Below are positions 27,686 through 37,837 of a stretch of 39,156 bases of DNA, in pieces. The stretch spans positions 1 through 39,156 of the forward strand of contig CALKOM010000020.1 in NCBI GenBank assembly GCA_938091905.1, in the 5' to 3' direction. Source of the stretch: an uncultured Verrucomicrobiales bacterium. GTDB taxonomy: Bacteria > Verrucomicrobiota > Verrucomicrobiia > Verrucomicrobiales > DEV007. Below the pieces are notes generated by a model. It ran no database searches. It saw only the letters and a program-made list of their open reading frames with translations, and was not told where the DNA came from. The first letter of the stretch is position 1; the number at the start of each line of letters is the position of its first letter. The translations under genes were made by a program, and so were the position numbers.

Positions 27686-28690
27686 CTAACCAATCGCCAC
27701 AGGACGATGCTCCTTCGTCGACTGCAACGCCGCCACACCTAGCTTCAGAGCTTTAAGCCCATCCTCCCCACCAACGGGAACCGGCTTATCTCCGTTCACC
27801 GCCTCCACAAACGCCTGCATCTCTGCCCGATACGCTAACGCATAGCGCTCAAGGAAAAAACTTTCTAGCAAAGGCCCCTGCTGACCTGCCGCTGTGAACA
27901 ATTCATGACGATCAGGAGTATCATTGCCTATCGACGCCATTCCCTTCGTACCGAACACCTCGGCCCGCTGATCATAGCCGTAAACCGCCCTGCGACTGTT
28001 ATCGATCACTGCCGTAGCCCCATTCTCGAAGGTGATCACGCATACAGCCGTGTCAACATCGCCTGCTTCGCCGATGGCGGGATCTAACAAGTTCGATCCC
28101 TGCGCGTAGACCTCGACCGCATCACACCCGGCAAGGTGTCTTGCCATATCGAAATCATGGATGGTCATATCAAGAAAGAGGCCACCCGAGTGCTTGATAA
28201 ACTCAAGCGGGGGCGGGGCAGGATCACGACTGGTTAACTTGATGATATGAGGCTCACCCACGCTACCTGAAGCCACGAGTGACTTCAGCTTTGCAAAGTG
28301 TCTATCAAAACGTCGATTGAAACCTAACATGAGTTGCACACCCGTCTCTTTCACCACGCCAAGCGTCTCTTCGACGCGATCCACAGAGAGATCGAGCGGT
28401 TTCTCGCAGAAGATGTGTTTTCCAGCACGGGCCGCAGCGATGACATGATTGGCGTGTTCATCTGTGGGAGAACACACCGCCACTGCATCCAAATCCGGAT
28501 GCCCGATCAGTTCCTCAAAACTTTCATAGGAAGCCACACGAGACTGTTCAGCATAAGCACGACCTTCAGCAGAAGGATCAGCCACGGCCACGAGTTCCGC
28601 CCCTGAAACATGATTGCGTAGGTTATCAAAATGAATCTTCCCGATACGGCCAAGTCCAGCGACGCCGATGCGCAATGCGTTTGTGCTCAT
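27686..28690 (-). CDS. iolG: Inositol 2-dehydrogenase (Gfo/Idh/MocA family)
   Basis: GLGRIG, FCEKP, GFNRRFD, SRDP, SGGLFLDMTIHDFD and YGYDQR motifs. ATG 28690 overlaps the upstream stop. Confidence 0.9.
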   Translation of the reverse strand: MSTNALRIGVAGLGRIGKIHFDNLRNHVSGAELVAVADPSAEGRAYAEQSRVASYESFEELIGHPDLDAVAVCSPTDEHANHVIAAARAGKHIFCEKPLDLSVDRVEETLGVVKETGVQLMLGFNRRFDRHFAKLKSLVASGSVGEPHIIKLTSRDPAPPPLEFIKHSGGLFLDMTIHDFDMARHLAGCDAVEVYAQGSNLLDPAIGEAGDVDTAVCVITFENGATAVIDNSRRAVYGYDQRAEVFGTKGMASIGNDTPDRHELFTAAGQQGPLLESFFLERYALAYRAEMQAFVEAVNGDKPVPVGGEDGLKALKLGVAALQSTKEHRPVAIG

Positions 28691-29586
28691 AGTGATAGTC
28701 CTTTCAAATAGTCTCGATTGTGTTGGGCACATGCCTTAGGATCGCCCATGCCCGGCAGCACATCCTGCTCCACGACAATCCATCCATCATAGTTCTGATC
28801 CCGTAACTCATCTGCAAAGGCACGGAAATCCACCTGCCCTGCTCCAAGCTTGCAGAAGACGCCTTCTTGGACTGATCGTAGGTAGTCCCAGCTCTCTACA
28901 CGACCACGCTCGGCGATGCCTGCATGAAAGTCTTTAAAGTGAACATGCCAGATCCGATCCGGCACCTTTTTCAGAACATCTAAGGCATCGCCACCGCCAA
29001 ACGCGTAGTGGCCAGTATCGAGCACAAGTCCAACGAGATCAGGATCCGTCTCGTCTAATAGGCACTGAACCTCACGAGGCGTTTCGACATAACCTCCCGC
29101 ATGATGGTGAAACGCGGATCGCAAACCCGTTTCTTCTCGAATCTGCCCAGCAAAGTGATTGATTGCCTTCCCAGCAGCTTTCCACTCCGCACTTGTCCAG
29201 CCTTGCTCGGACAGCACCCGTCCTGCTTCGGCTGACCGCACACGGTCCGTCCCATTGTCATCAGCAAGGACAATAAACGCATCAGCAAACCCAGCGTCCC
29301 GCATCAGAGAAGCCGTCTTCACAGCAATCTCCAGCGCTTCCGCATGCATGCTAGGCTCCGCCCAACGCACGGGGACAAACGCACCTAACAAAGCGAGTTC
29401 TCTCTTGCCTAGCTCCGCAGCAAGCTTCGCTGGTTCAGTCGGCATGAATCCCCAGTCTCCCAGCTCCGTGCCAGCATAGCCTGTTGCACGGATCTCATCC
29501 AGAACCTGCGCACAACCTGCCGCTTCTCCTTGGAGGTCGAATTCCAATACCCCCCAAGAACATGGCGCATTCGCTATTTGAATCAT
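28687..29586 (-). CDS. iolE: Myo-inosose-2 dehydratase-like TIM-barrel protein (IolE/MocC family)
   Basis: ANAPCSWG, GTELG, FHHH, LDTGH, HVHFKD and WIVVEQD motifs. Lies between iolA and iolG. Confidence 0.7.
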   Translation of the reverse strand: MIQIANAPCSWGVLEFDLQGEAAGCAQVLDEIRATGYAGTELGDWGFMPTEPAKLAAELGKRELALLGAFVPVRWAEPSMHAEALEIAVKTASLMRDAGFADAFIVLADDNGTDRVRSAEAGRVLSEQGWTSAEWKAAGKAINHFAGQIREETGLRSAFHHHAGGYVETPREVQCLLDETDPDLVGLVLDTGHYAFGGGDALDVLKKVPDRIWHVHFKDFHAGIAERGRVESWDYLRSVQEGVFCKLGAGQVDFRAFADELRDQNYDGWIVVEQDVLPGMGDPKACAQHNRDYLKGLSL

Positions 29587-29600
29587 GGACAACGAACTGT

Positions 29601-31076
29601 TTAGAACTTGCGACTCCACTCTTTCGGCCAACGCTCCACCACAACCTTAGTCTGAGTGAAGAACTCAATCGCATGCCTCCCCTGCCCATGCAGGTCTCCA
29701 AAGAAGCTTTCCTTCCAACCGCTGAACGGAAACTGAGCCATGGGTGCGGCCACCCCGATATTGATACCAATATTCCCCGCGTCGGCACGGTAGCGAAACG
29801 CCCTAGCATGCGCGCCACTGCTCGTGAAAAGACAAGCCATGTTGCCATAGTTACCGCGATTAATGAAATCGATCGCTTCGTCGATCGTTTTCATATGAAT
29901 CAGGCTCATCACAGGCCCAAAGATCTCGGTCTTCACCAGTTCACCATCGATCGGAACGTCTTCCAGGACCGTCGGCGCGATAAAATGCCCTTTCTCGTAG
30001 CCAGAAACCGACACGCCACGGCCGTCGATGACCGGCTTGGCACCTTCTTTCACGCCTTGGTCGATGAGCCCCTCCACGCGACTCTTGCTCTCCGCTGAAA
30101 TCACCGGCCCCATGTCCGCACCCTCGTCCAAGCCATAGCCCGTCACTTTGGCTTCAGCGCAGGAGACAATTGCATCGCGCACTTCCCCCTTCTCATCACC
30201 CACCGTAACGATATTAGAAGCTGCCAAACAGCGTTGTCCCGCACAGCCATAAACACTGTCACCAACGATCTTTGCCGCCATTTCCAAATCAGCGTCTGGC
30301 AGGATGATGATGGGGTTCTTCGCTCCTCCCTGGGCCTGAACTCGCTTTCCGTGCTCCGAAGCCTTAGCGTAGATGTAACGGGCGACTTGAGAACTCCCCA
30401 CAAAGCTCACGCTCTTGATATCAGGATGCGCTAACAAGGCATCGACAGACTCCTTGCCTCCGTGAACCATGTTCACGAGCCCCTTCGGCAATCCAATCTG
30501 GTCAAGCAACGCAAAGACCTTCATCATGGTCAATGGCACTTTCTCCGACGGCTTCACGATGAACCCATTCCCACAGGCAATCGCGTAGGGCAGAAACCAG
30601 AACGTGATCATGCCTGGAAAATTAAAAGGCGCAATACAACACCCCACACCAATCGGCTGACGGATCATGAACTCATCGATCCCACGCGCAATGTTCTCAC
30701 TAAACTCGCTCTGCATCAGCGCAGGAGTGCCGCAAGCCATTTCAACATTTTCAATCGCACGCTGCATCTCACCACGAGCTTCGCCCAAGGTCTTCCCACA
30801 TTCTTGTGTGATCGTCTTGGCAATATCTTCGCGATGCTCCTCAAGAAGTTGCTTCAGCTTATAGAGAGGCTGCACGCGCTCGATCACTGGTGTATCTCGC
30901 CATTCCTGCTGCGCCTCCACCGATGCTGCCACCGCCACGTCCACATCAGTCGCGGTGGCCGCTCCCATGGGAACTTGCGCCAACACCTCCAACGTCGCCG
31001 GGTTCTCGACAGCCAATTGATCGGCACAAACGCTGTCCCGCCATTCTCCGTGGATGTAGTTCTGAAGTGTTGTCAT
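29601..31076 (-). CDS. iolA: CoA-acylating (methyl)malonate-semialdehyde dehydrogenase
   Basis: [38 protein letters not shown] and [16 protein letters not shown] motifs. Confidence 0.9.
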   Translation of the reverse strand: MTTLQNYIHGEWRDSVCADQLAVENPATLEVLAQVPMGAATATDVDVAVAASVEAQQEWRDTPVIERVQPLYKLKQLLEEHREDIAKTITQECGKTLGEARGEMQRAIENVEMACGTPALMQSEFSENIARGIDEFMIRQPIGVGCCIAPFNFPGMITFWFLPYAIACGNGFIVKPSEKVPLTMMKVFALLDQIGLPKGLVNMVHGGKESVDALLAHPDIKSVSFVGSSQVARYIYAKASEHGKRVQAQGGAKNPIIILPDADLEMAAKIVGDSVYGCAGQRCLAASNIVTVGDEKGEVRDAIVSCAEAKVTGYGLDEGADMGPVISAESKSRVEGLIDQGVKEGAKPVIDGRGVSVSGYEKGHFIAPTVLEDVPIDGELVKTEIFGPVMSLIHMKTIDEAIDFINRGNYGNMACLFTSSGAHARAFRYRADAGNIGINIGVAAPMAQFPFSGWKESFFGDLHGQGRHAIEFFTQTKVVVERWPKEWSRKF

Positions 31077-31141
31077 CTGCCAAAGGTTAAATCAGGACCA
31101 TCAAACTAAGGAAAGTCCATTTATTCGAAGTGCCACTCTAG

Positions 31142-32341
31142 CTACGGCAGTGAGCGAAACAACTCTCCAAGGCGAGCAATGCCCTCTTCGATGCGCTCCA
31201 GCGAGGCATTGCTGAAATTCAAGCGCACCGTATCTTGTCCCGTGCCGTCCACGGTGAAGTTATCGATCGTCACATACGCCACGTTGGCTTCGAGAGCAGC
31301 AGGCAAACTTGCAGCCGCATCGATTCCATGGGGTAATTGCGCCATGAGAAACATACCGCCTTGCGGTGTCGTCCAGGTGGTACCTCCGGGGAAATGCCTC
31401 CCCACAGCGTCGTCCATCGCGTCTCGACGCGCCCCATAGATTTTTCGCAAATGGGTTAGATGAGCTGGAAAGGAGTCGTCGCGGACCACCTCTAGCATGA
31501 TTCGCTGACCAAGCATATTCGGGTGGAAATCAGCCGCCTGCTTCATCTTCACTAGCGCATCGTGCAACGCGGGCGGAGCTGTGAGCCAGCCCACCCTGAA
31601 CCCTGGAGCAACCACCTTCGAGAAGGAGCGCAAATGCACGACCCTATCCGCCAGGCCTCGATCCGTAGCTAGGCTCAGAAGACTCGGCAAGGGCTCGCCA
31701 TCGTAGCGTAAGTCGCCATAGGGATCATCCTCGAGGATCAGCAAGGCGTGTTTCTCCGCTAGACTGATCAGCCTTTCGCGACGTTCCAACGACAGCACGG
31801 CCCCGGCCGGATTGTGAAAGTTGGGCATCGTATAGAGAAACTTTGGGCGTTCCGTTTCTAGAATCTTCTCTAACGCGTCCACGACGAGACCATCGCCGTC
31901 GATCACTACAGGCGCAAAGCGCACTCCTTGCGGACGCCAAGCTCCCAGTGCACCAAGATAGGTAGGATTCTCCACAGCAATAACATCACCCGAATCTAAC
32001 AAGACACGTCCTAGTAAATCCAAGCCTTGCTGTGCACCTGAAGTAATGAGTACATCTTCGACCGGACGTGAAACTGAATTCCCGAGATGCTCTCGTAACT
32101 CAGCCAATCCTTCGGACTCACCATACTGTAGACAGCTGCGACACTCATCCTTACCCAGCAAGCGCGCCGACGCGGAAGCGATGAGTTCACTCGGAAAGCA
32201 CTCCGGAGCTGGCAACCCACCAGCAAACGAAATCACCTCAGGACGGACCGCCACCTTGAGAATCTCGCGGACAGCACTCCGCTTAAGTCCCTGACTGTGT
32301 TTGGCGAGGTGTTGGCTCCAATCGAGAGAGGGTGCAGGCAT
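31142..32341 (-). CDS. PLP-dependent class I aminotransferase (LysN/2-aminoadipate transaminase-like)
   Basis: ISFAGGLP, TSGAQQG, ENPTY, FHNPAG, EDDPY, SFSKVVAPGFRVGW and RLNFS motifs. Confidence 0.88.
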   Translation of the reverse strand: MPAPSLDWSQHLAKHSQGLKRSAVREILKVAVRPEVISFAGGLPAPECFPSELIASASARLLGKDECRSCLQYGESEGLAELREHLGNSVSRPVEDVLITSGAQQGLDLLGRVLLDSGDVIAVENPTYLGALGAWRPQGVRFAPVVIDGDGLVVDALEKILETERPKFLYTMPNFHNPAGAVLSLERRERLISLAEKHALLILEDDPYGDLRYDGEPLPSLLSLATDRGLADRVVHLRSFSKVVAPGFRVGWLTAPPALHDALVKMKQAADFHPNMLGQRIMLEVVRDDSFPAHLTHLRKIYGARRDAMDDAVGRHFPGGTTWTTPQGGMFLMAQLPHGIDAAASLPAALEANVAYVTIDNFTVDGTGQDTVRLNFSNASLERIEEGIARLGELFRSLP

Positions 32342-32378
32342 GGTCTACATTCCTAATCACAAACTCCAGCAAACCGCA

Positions 32379-33539
32379 TCATGAAATCGAGCGGATCGCT
32401 GACGTGAATCGCTCAAATCCTTCCGTCAAGACCGCGCGTGTGCAGCCAAGATTCCATCGGAGATAACCGGGCGCACCAAAGTCACCCCCATCCGAAAAGG
32501 TCAACCCATGTTCTTGAAAGAACAGCCGAGGCTTCTCGATGTCTAGCGGACGCATATCCAGCCAAGCCAGATAAGTCGCCTGAGCAGGAGTCAAGTTGAT
32601 CTCAGAATGATGCTCTTGCAAATACTCACCCAGTAACCGGTGATTCCCCCGCAAATACTCGATAAGATCTTGCCTCCAAGGCTCGCCGTGTCTGTAGGCC
32701 GCTTCGGTCGCCGGATAGCCAAAGACACTCACCGGTGGCACCCAGCCGCCCGATGCCTTGCGATAAGCAGTGCGCAGCTTTCCATCAGGAATCAGGGCAT
32801 AGGCGCAACCAATCCCAGCAATATTGTATGTCTTACTCGCTGCCATCAACACAATCGTTCGCTCCTGAAGCGACTCCGAAAGATGGAGCGCAGACACATG
32901 CGGCGTCTTCTCTTCATCAAGGATAAGATCGCAATGAATTTCATCAGAGCAGAGCAATAGGTCATGCCGCTCACAGAAATTGCCTAACCATTCAAGCTCA
33001 TCCCGCGTGAAGACCGTACCCACCGGATTGTGCGGGTTGCACAAGATAAACAGACCTGTATCTGGACGCACAGTGTTCTCCAAAGCATCACGGTCAAACG
33101 TCCAACGCCCATTCATATCCTGGCAAAGAGACACCGACAACGACTCTAAACCAGCATCACCAGGAGATTTAAGGAAAGGCGGATAAACTGGCGTCGTGCA
33201 GAGCGACGACAACGCCCCGCGCTCCCGCGCCACCGCAGCCGCAACACTAAGCGCGGGCACCATCCCCGCCAACCAGACCATCCAAGCCCCAGGTGCCTGG
33301 ATGCCGTGGACTCGATAGAGATACTCCAGAACGGCATCTTTCTCCCCTTGGGTCGCATAGGCATACCCAAACACACCGTGCGCCACCCGCGCCTGTAGCG
33401 CCTCAATCACCTCCGGCGGCGACTCGAAATCCATGTCGGCGACCCAGAAAGGAAGGGTCCCCCCCTGATCGAAGATATCCCACTTTAATGAGCCGGTTCC
33501 ACGCCGGTTCGGTGCCTTGTCGAAGTCGGTTGATGCCAT
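32379..33539 (-). CDS. PatB/MalY family C-S lyase (cystathionine beta-lyase-like)
   Basis: SLKWD, WVADMDF, PVYPPF, CNPHNPVG, SDEIHCDL, ASKTYNIAG and TYLAWLD motifs. Confidence 0.9.
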   Translation of the reverse strand: MASTDFDKAPNRRGTGSLKWDIFDQGGTLPFWVADMDFESPPEVIEALQARVAHGVFGYAYATQGEKDAVLEYLYRVHGIQAPGAWMVWLAGMVPALSVAAAVARERGALSSLCTTPVYPPFLKSPGDAGLESLSVSLCQDMNGRWTFDRDALENTVRPDTGLFILCNPHNPVGTVFTRDELEWLGNFCERHDLLLCSDEIHCDLILDEEKTPHVSALHLSESLQERTIVLMAASKTYNIAGIGCAYALIPDGKLRTAYRKASGGWVPPVSVFGYPATEAAYRHGEPWRQDLIEYLRGNHRLLGEYLQEHHSEINLTPAQATYLAWLDMRPLDIEKPRLFFQEHGLTFSDGGDFGAPGYLRWNLGCTRAVLTEGFERFTSAIRSIS

Positions 33540-33549
33540 GAACGAAATG

Positions 33550-34602
33550 CTAGCGAAGAAAATTCTCCGCTAGCCAATCGCGATCCTCCTTGGAAAGCTT
33601 GACCACCGGATACGAGTATCTCTTCCCCGCTTCATCCAATAACACAACCGTCTTCTCTTTCCGGGACACCGCCATTGCCTTGGCAAAGATGGGCTCTTTT
33701 TTGTAGTTGATCCATTGCCGGTAACCAGAGTTGGCCAACTTCTCATGGCGATGATTCTCTTTCCGCACAAAGACCTCCGCCTGGTAGCCCAACTGGTCAA
33801 TGATCTCTGGGAATCGTCCGGATCGATAGCCTACGTGCCGCCAGAGCTCCTCTGAATCCGGCGAGAAGAGAACGAGAACTGGATAGCCCATGACCTTCAG
33901 CTTATCTTTCAGATACTTGGTATACTTGTGTGACGCAATGTCGGGATCCGCGAAATCGAGCTTTGTCAGGACCATATAGTCCTTCATCAATCGAAGAAAC
34001 TTGCCATGCCGAAAGACCTCCGTGGCCATCGGCTTGGAACTTCCACTGCGAACGGAGTCGGTGATCCAGAGCAGGAGCATCTTTCGCTCAGCTCGAGCCT
34101 GGGTCATGGCCTTCCGTGGATCACGCTTCCAACGACGTAATTCACTCTCCATCAGGCCACTGTCAAAACCCCCACCACCTTGAGAACTCCGAGCCTTCAC
34201 ACCAGACATCCGAGGACCATACTTCGCTCTCTCTGCTTCAAGCCGCGACTCAGCCTCTTCCCTGCGCATGCGCTTCGTCTTCCACGGTAGCCAGGACCGC
34301 TTTGCCTTTGGCTGTTCCGGCTTGGCCTCTGGAACAGAACTTTCCTCAACCGATGGACTACCGGGGATCGACTCGCCCGGTGTGGGCGAAGGCGGCGGCT
34401 GAGGTAAGGGAGTTGAGCCCGTTAAAGCCTCGGGAGCGTCCTCGATCACCATCCAGTCCTCACCCGTTTCGAGACTATCGGGAATCGCAGGGCCAAGATC
34501 CTCTCCAAACAGCGTAGTATCAATCTGAGCAGACGAGGTTCCCGCGCTGATCCCGAGTAAACCGGCAGCAATCAAGGGAAGAAAATCGTTCCAGAAACGC
34601 AT
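33550..34602 (-). CDS. Exported protein with a thioredoxin-like fold lacking CxxC and a C-terminal SHD1-like domain
   Basis: Signal peptide and Pro-rich linker. W..D...AM.QARAERK.LL.WITDS, LTKLDF and VMGYPVLVLFSPD. C-terminal YRQW...AK...VVL...G.....P..KLSKEDRDWL. Confidence 0.65.
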   Translation of the reverse strand: MRFWNDFLPLIAAGLLGISAGTSSAQIDTTLFGEDLGPAIPDSLETGEDWMVIEDAPEALTGSTPLPQPPPSPTPGESIPGSPSVEESSVPEAKPEQPKAKRSWLPWKTKRMRREEAESRLEAERAKYGPRMSGVKARSSQGGGGFDSGLMESELRRWKRDPRKAMTQARAERKMLLLWITDSVRSGSSKPMATEVFRHGKFLRLMKDYMVLTKLDFADPDIASHKYTKYLKDKLKVMGYPVLVLFSPDSEELWRHVGYRSGRFPEIIDQLGYQAEVFVRKENHRHEKLANSGYRQWINYKKEPIFAKAMAVSRKEKTVVLLDEAGKRYSYPVVKLSKEDRDWLAENFLR

Positions 34603-34654
34603 GGGCTATCTCTACACCCATCCATCAAGAGCGGCAAGCTTAGCGGTTCGATGA

Positions 34655-34670
34655 ATGACACCGTTGTCAT
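34655..34670. promoter_or_regulatory. Palindromic operator-like site ATGACA-N4-TGTCAT
   Basis: Perfect 6-4-6 palindrome in the intergenic region between two divergent genes. Confidence 0.4.
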
Positions 34671-34756
34671 CAAAGGGCCATTTTCGCGTCATCTAGGCGT
34701 GGTTTCTTCTCATAGGTCAAAGAAAGACCCCCAATGAACTCAATCAACCACACTAC

Positions 34757-35215
34757 ATGAAACGACACATCATTACCATCATCACCCTCAGCAGTATCCT
34801 CACCAGCGGCCTCATGGCCCAAGACGAGAAACGCAAGGGCCCCAGAGGCGAGCGCGGCAAGGCTAGAAAAGAAATGCTCAAGAAACTTGATTCCAATAAC
34901 GACGGCAAGCTTTCAGCAGATGAGAAAGCGAAAGCTCAGGCCGGAGCCAAGAAGCGTCGCGCCTCCCTCGACACCGACGGCGATGGCAAGATCTCCAAAG
35001 GAGAACGCCTCGCTGCACTCAAGAAACGCGTCGCCTCCGACGAGAAACTCGCTAAGCGCATCAAGGCGCGTTTTGATGCGGACAACAACGACAAACTCTC
35101 GGACCAAGAACTAACCAAAGCCGCAGCAGCGATGCACAAGCGCCAGGGCAGAGGTAAGGAAGGCAACGGCAAGAAGCCCAGGAGAGGAAAGAAGGGCAAG
35201 AAGTCCCAAGAATAG
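34757..35215 (+). CDS. Secreted basic EF-hand domain protein
   Basis: Signal peptide. Three EF-hand-like loops (DSNNDGKLSADE, DTDGDGKISKGE, DADNNDKLSDQE). Lys/Arg-rich tail. Confidence 0.85.
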   Translation: MKRHIITIITLSSILTSGLMAQDEKRKGPRGERGKARKEMLKKLDSNNDGKLSADEKAKAQAGAKKRRASLDTDGDGKISKGERLAALKKRVASDEKLAKRIKARFDADNNDKLSDQELTKAAAAMHKRQGRGKEGNGKKPRRGKKGKKSQE

Positions 35216-35230
35216 ACATTTCACGCTAAC

Positions 35231-35266
35231 AAAGGCCTCGAATTCCAATGGAGTTCGGGGCCATTT
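35231..35266. terminator. Probable intrinsic terminator between convergent genes
   Basis: GGCCTCGAATTCC-AAT-GGAGTTCGGGGCC forms a 13-bp stem with two G-U pairs, flanked by AAA and ATTT. Confidence 0.65.
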
Positions 35267-35291
35267 GCGCTTATGAAAGTGTCTCTCGAAG

Positions 35292-35891
35292 CTATCGCCT
35301 TCTCAAGACTCGGAAGAGTTCGCGATTCTTTCGTCCCTCAAACGCTCTTGCAGGAACTTGCGAGACCAACGTTTCAAACAGCTCATCAAACAAGCCATTC
35401 AGTTCAGGCACCGAGCACCCCCACGGAGGACCATCGTCCGGATCGCCCTCCGTCTCTTCAGGATGGAGATAAAACACAGCAATCAAAAGGCCTCCGGCCC
35501 GCAATCGCCTTGCCGCTGTATCGCGGTAGACCGGGCGGAGTTCCGGAGGTATGGCACAGAAGCAGGTGTGCTCAATGATCGCCACCAAATCATCTTTGCC
35601 GCTCGCGGCAAAGAAGTCGCCTGTATCATACCGCAGGTTAGGAAAAATATAACCCTCTTGCGCTTCGCGAACAGCTGTCTCTGACAGATCGACACCAACC
35701 ACGACCGCTTCAGGCCATTTATTGGCAACAGCAGCGGCCTCATGCCCCCGCCCACATCCAGGCACTACCACCTCGCCAGTCACTGGCGGTTGATCAACTA
35801 ACCAATCTTCAAGGGCGGGAACAACTTCCCCGAAATCCCAACCTGCCGTATCTTCACGGTAGCGCGCTTCCCAATCGAAGTCGTCGCTCAT
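35292..35891 (-). CDS. SAM-dependent methyltransferase, thiopurine/thiol S-methyltransferase family
   Basis: DWEARY...WDFG, VPGCGRGHE, GDFF, EHTCFCAIPP and GPPW motifs. Confidence 0.88.
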   Translation of the reverse strand: MSDDFDWEARYREDTAGWDFGEVVPALEDWLVDQPPVTGEVVVPGCGRGHEAAAVANKWPEAVVVGVDLSETAVREAQEGYIFPNLRYDTGDFFAASGKDDLVAIIEHTCFCAIPPELRPVYRDTAARRLRAGGLLIAVFYLHPEETEGDPDDGPPWGCSVPELNGLFDELFETLVSQVPARAFEGRKNRELFRVLRRR

Positions 35892-37036
35892 TTAGCAAGA
35901 GCGCTAGGCACATTGCCATCACCCGTGGATTCCCCCCCAAGAAGCCAAGCCAAATTAAAACGCGCCACCGTTGAACCTCCCTTGGGCCCCCCTTCAAAGT
36001 TGAGGTAAATCCACCCTTCGCTGGGCGTCCCAGGCCGGCCAGCATTCAAGGAAGAGTAACCGTGGGCACCTTCAAAAACGAGACGTTTTAACGGCCAGGT
36101 CCTCCCGCCATCGAAACTCGCCCAGACCGTCCCGCGCTCGCGCTTAGCGTTCTTCGTGTCAACGTTACTAAAGATTAGCACATCCTGCCCCTTTACTGGC
36201 AAACGCACCAACCCACCCATGCAACCGTAGGAACGGTGTTGGTGCCCATCAGGGAGCACCTCGACAACCTGCCAGTCCTTCCACGTCTTGCCGCCGTCCT
36301 CACTAAAAGCGTGACGACGTCTCGTGTTCTTTGGGCGTTCTTGCCAGTGCACCCGCGAATTGTAGTAGAGCCGACCGTCAGACAACTCGGCAATCGCCGC
36401 CTCCCCCGTACCATTCTCTGGAAACGGATCGCTCGTGTGCCAGGTCTTCCCTCGATCATCACTGTAAATCGCATTGGTGTAATGATTGGGCCATTCATCC
36501 TTGTGATTGCGCTTCCCATAAAAGCGGGAAGGTCGGATCAATCGTCCAGCATGCTCACCATGCCGTAGAGTAAGGCCATGCTCATTCATGTGCATGGATG
36601 GCACATTCCCTTTACTATCTACATGGACGACTGGCTTCTCCGCAGCCCACGTCTTGCCGTCATCCTGACTCCGGTACACTGCCAGGGGAGCCGGCGGATG
36701 TTGCTCCTCAACAAAGACGAGAATATCCCCCGTCTTCTCGTCAACCGTTGTTCCCCCACCCTGAAATCCCGGTTTAGCGATGACCATTTCATCTCCCCAA
36801 GTCTTTCCACCATCCTCGCTGCGACGCACACGGACTTGAGTATTTCCCCAGGTCACCAATACCGTCCCTTTCATCGTGACGACGATGTTAGGAAAGCGCT
36901 CGCCTTGAAACACTTGCTGCATTTCAAGACTAGGCGAGGTCAGGAAAGACTTGAGTTCACCTTCAACAGCCCGTTCAGCATTTGCGAAGGCCAATGCTGC
37001 CAGCAGATAAAAACTTGTAATCAGGGATAGTCGCAT
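35888..37036 (-). CDS. Sialidase-family (BNR/Asp-box) secreted protein
   Basis: Signal peptide and RFP motif. Five Asp-boxes (SEDGGKTW, SQDDGKTW, SDDRGKTW, SEDGGKTW, SFDGGRTW). GYS near the C-terminus. Confidence 0.85.
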   Translation of the reverse strand: MRLSLITSFYLLAALAFANAERAVEGELKSFLTSPSLEMQQVFQGERFPNIVVTMKGTVLVTWGNTQVRVRRSEDGGKTWGDEMVIAKPGFQGGGTTVDEKTGDILVFVEEQHPPAPLAVYRSQDDGKTWAAEKPVVHVDSKGNVPSMHMNEHGLTLRHGEHAGRLIRPSRFYGKRNHKDEWPNHYTNAIYSDDRGKTWHTSDPFPENGTGEAAIAELSDGRLYYNSRVHWQERPKNTRRRHAFSEDGGKTWKDWQVVEVLPDGHQHRSYGCMGGLVRLPVKGQDVLIFSNVDTKNAKRERGTVWASFDGGRTWPLKRLVFEGAHGYSSLNAGRPGTPSEGWIYLNFEGGPKGGSTVARFNLAWLLGGESTGDGNVPSALAK

Positions 37037-37093
37037 CCCTATGGAACTAGCAAACGATTCCCTGAAAAAGCCAGCCAGAAATCGCTCATCGGT

Positions 37094-37837
37094 CTAAATC
37101 TTTCCCTCACGACGGAGATCTTCGGCAAGTCGCTGCTGGTATGCAGCATGGGCAGCCGAGTCTTCTTGGGCCCTCTCACTGTAGTAGATCAATCCAAGTG
37201 CACGACGAGACCTCGTCTGCGAGCGATTGCCATCCGCCCAATGAATGGTCAGCGCATCATGGGCAAGCAGGTCCCCTGGCTCAGCCGGACATGGCACCTC
37301 GGCAAGCCGATCATTCTTTTGCGGGAAATCCACGATCCCTTGGCTAAAACCCAAGGTTCGCGTGCGCCCATGTTCACGCATTCCTAAATCGTGAGAGCCT
37401 CGCACATACCGCACACAACCGTTCACCCTATCCACATGGTCCAACGCAAGCCACATTGTCACCGCCTCACAAGGAGCCAGCTTAAAATAATAACCATCCT
37501 GATGCGGAGGTGTCGGCATCCCCACGCCAGGCGGCTTGTTGAAATACTGAAAGTTCTTCGGCACGACCGGTCCCCGCAAGAGTTCCTCAGCGAGGAGGCG
37601 AAAGGACCCTTTTTGAAACAGCTCGCCAAACCACTCATCATGCTGGTTCAAATGCTGCAACTGCTTCAACGTGGACGGGTCATCCTTGTTTTCATAGAAG
37701 ACATGCTCCGAGGGCATCGCAGGAACGACGTCACGAACCACCCGATCCAACTGCACCGAGACCTCGCTGACCGCGGACCCATCAAGAAAGCCTGGCAACC
37801 TGACGAAACCATCGTGGGCATAGGACTGGGAAATCAT
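37094..37837 (-). CDS. Phytanoyl-CoA dioxygenase (PhyH) family Fe/2OG enzyme
   Basis: FNKPP...TPPHQD, WLALD, NGC...GSH and H...IHWADGNRS...RR motifs. Confidence 0.88.
   Translation of the reverse strand: MISQSYAHDGFVRLPGFLDGSAVSEVSVQLDRVVRDVVPAMPSEHVFYENKDDPSTLKQLQHLNQHDEWFGELFQKGSFRLLAEELLRGPVVPKNFQYFNKPPGVGMPTPPHQDGYYFKLAPCEAVTMWLALDHVDRVNGCVRYVRGSHDLGMREHGRTRTLGFSQGIVDFPQKNDRLAEVPCPAEPGDLLAHDALTIHWADGNRSQTRSRRALGLIYYSERAQEDSAAHAAYQQRLAEDLRREGKI

Noticed and set aside
29484..31109. Long plus-strand ORFs (204 aa and 215 aa) opposite iolA
   Set aside because: Antisense shadows of a well-conserved dehydrogenase, with no recognisable motifs.
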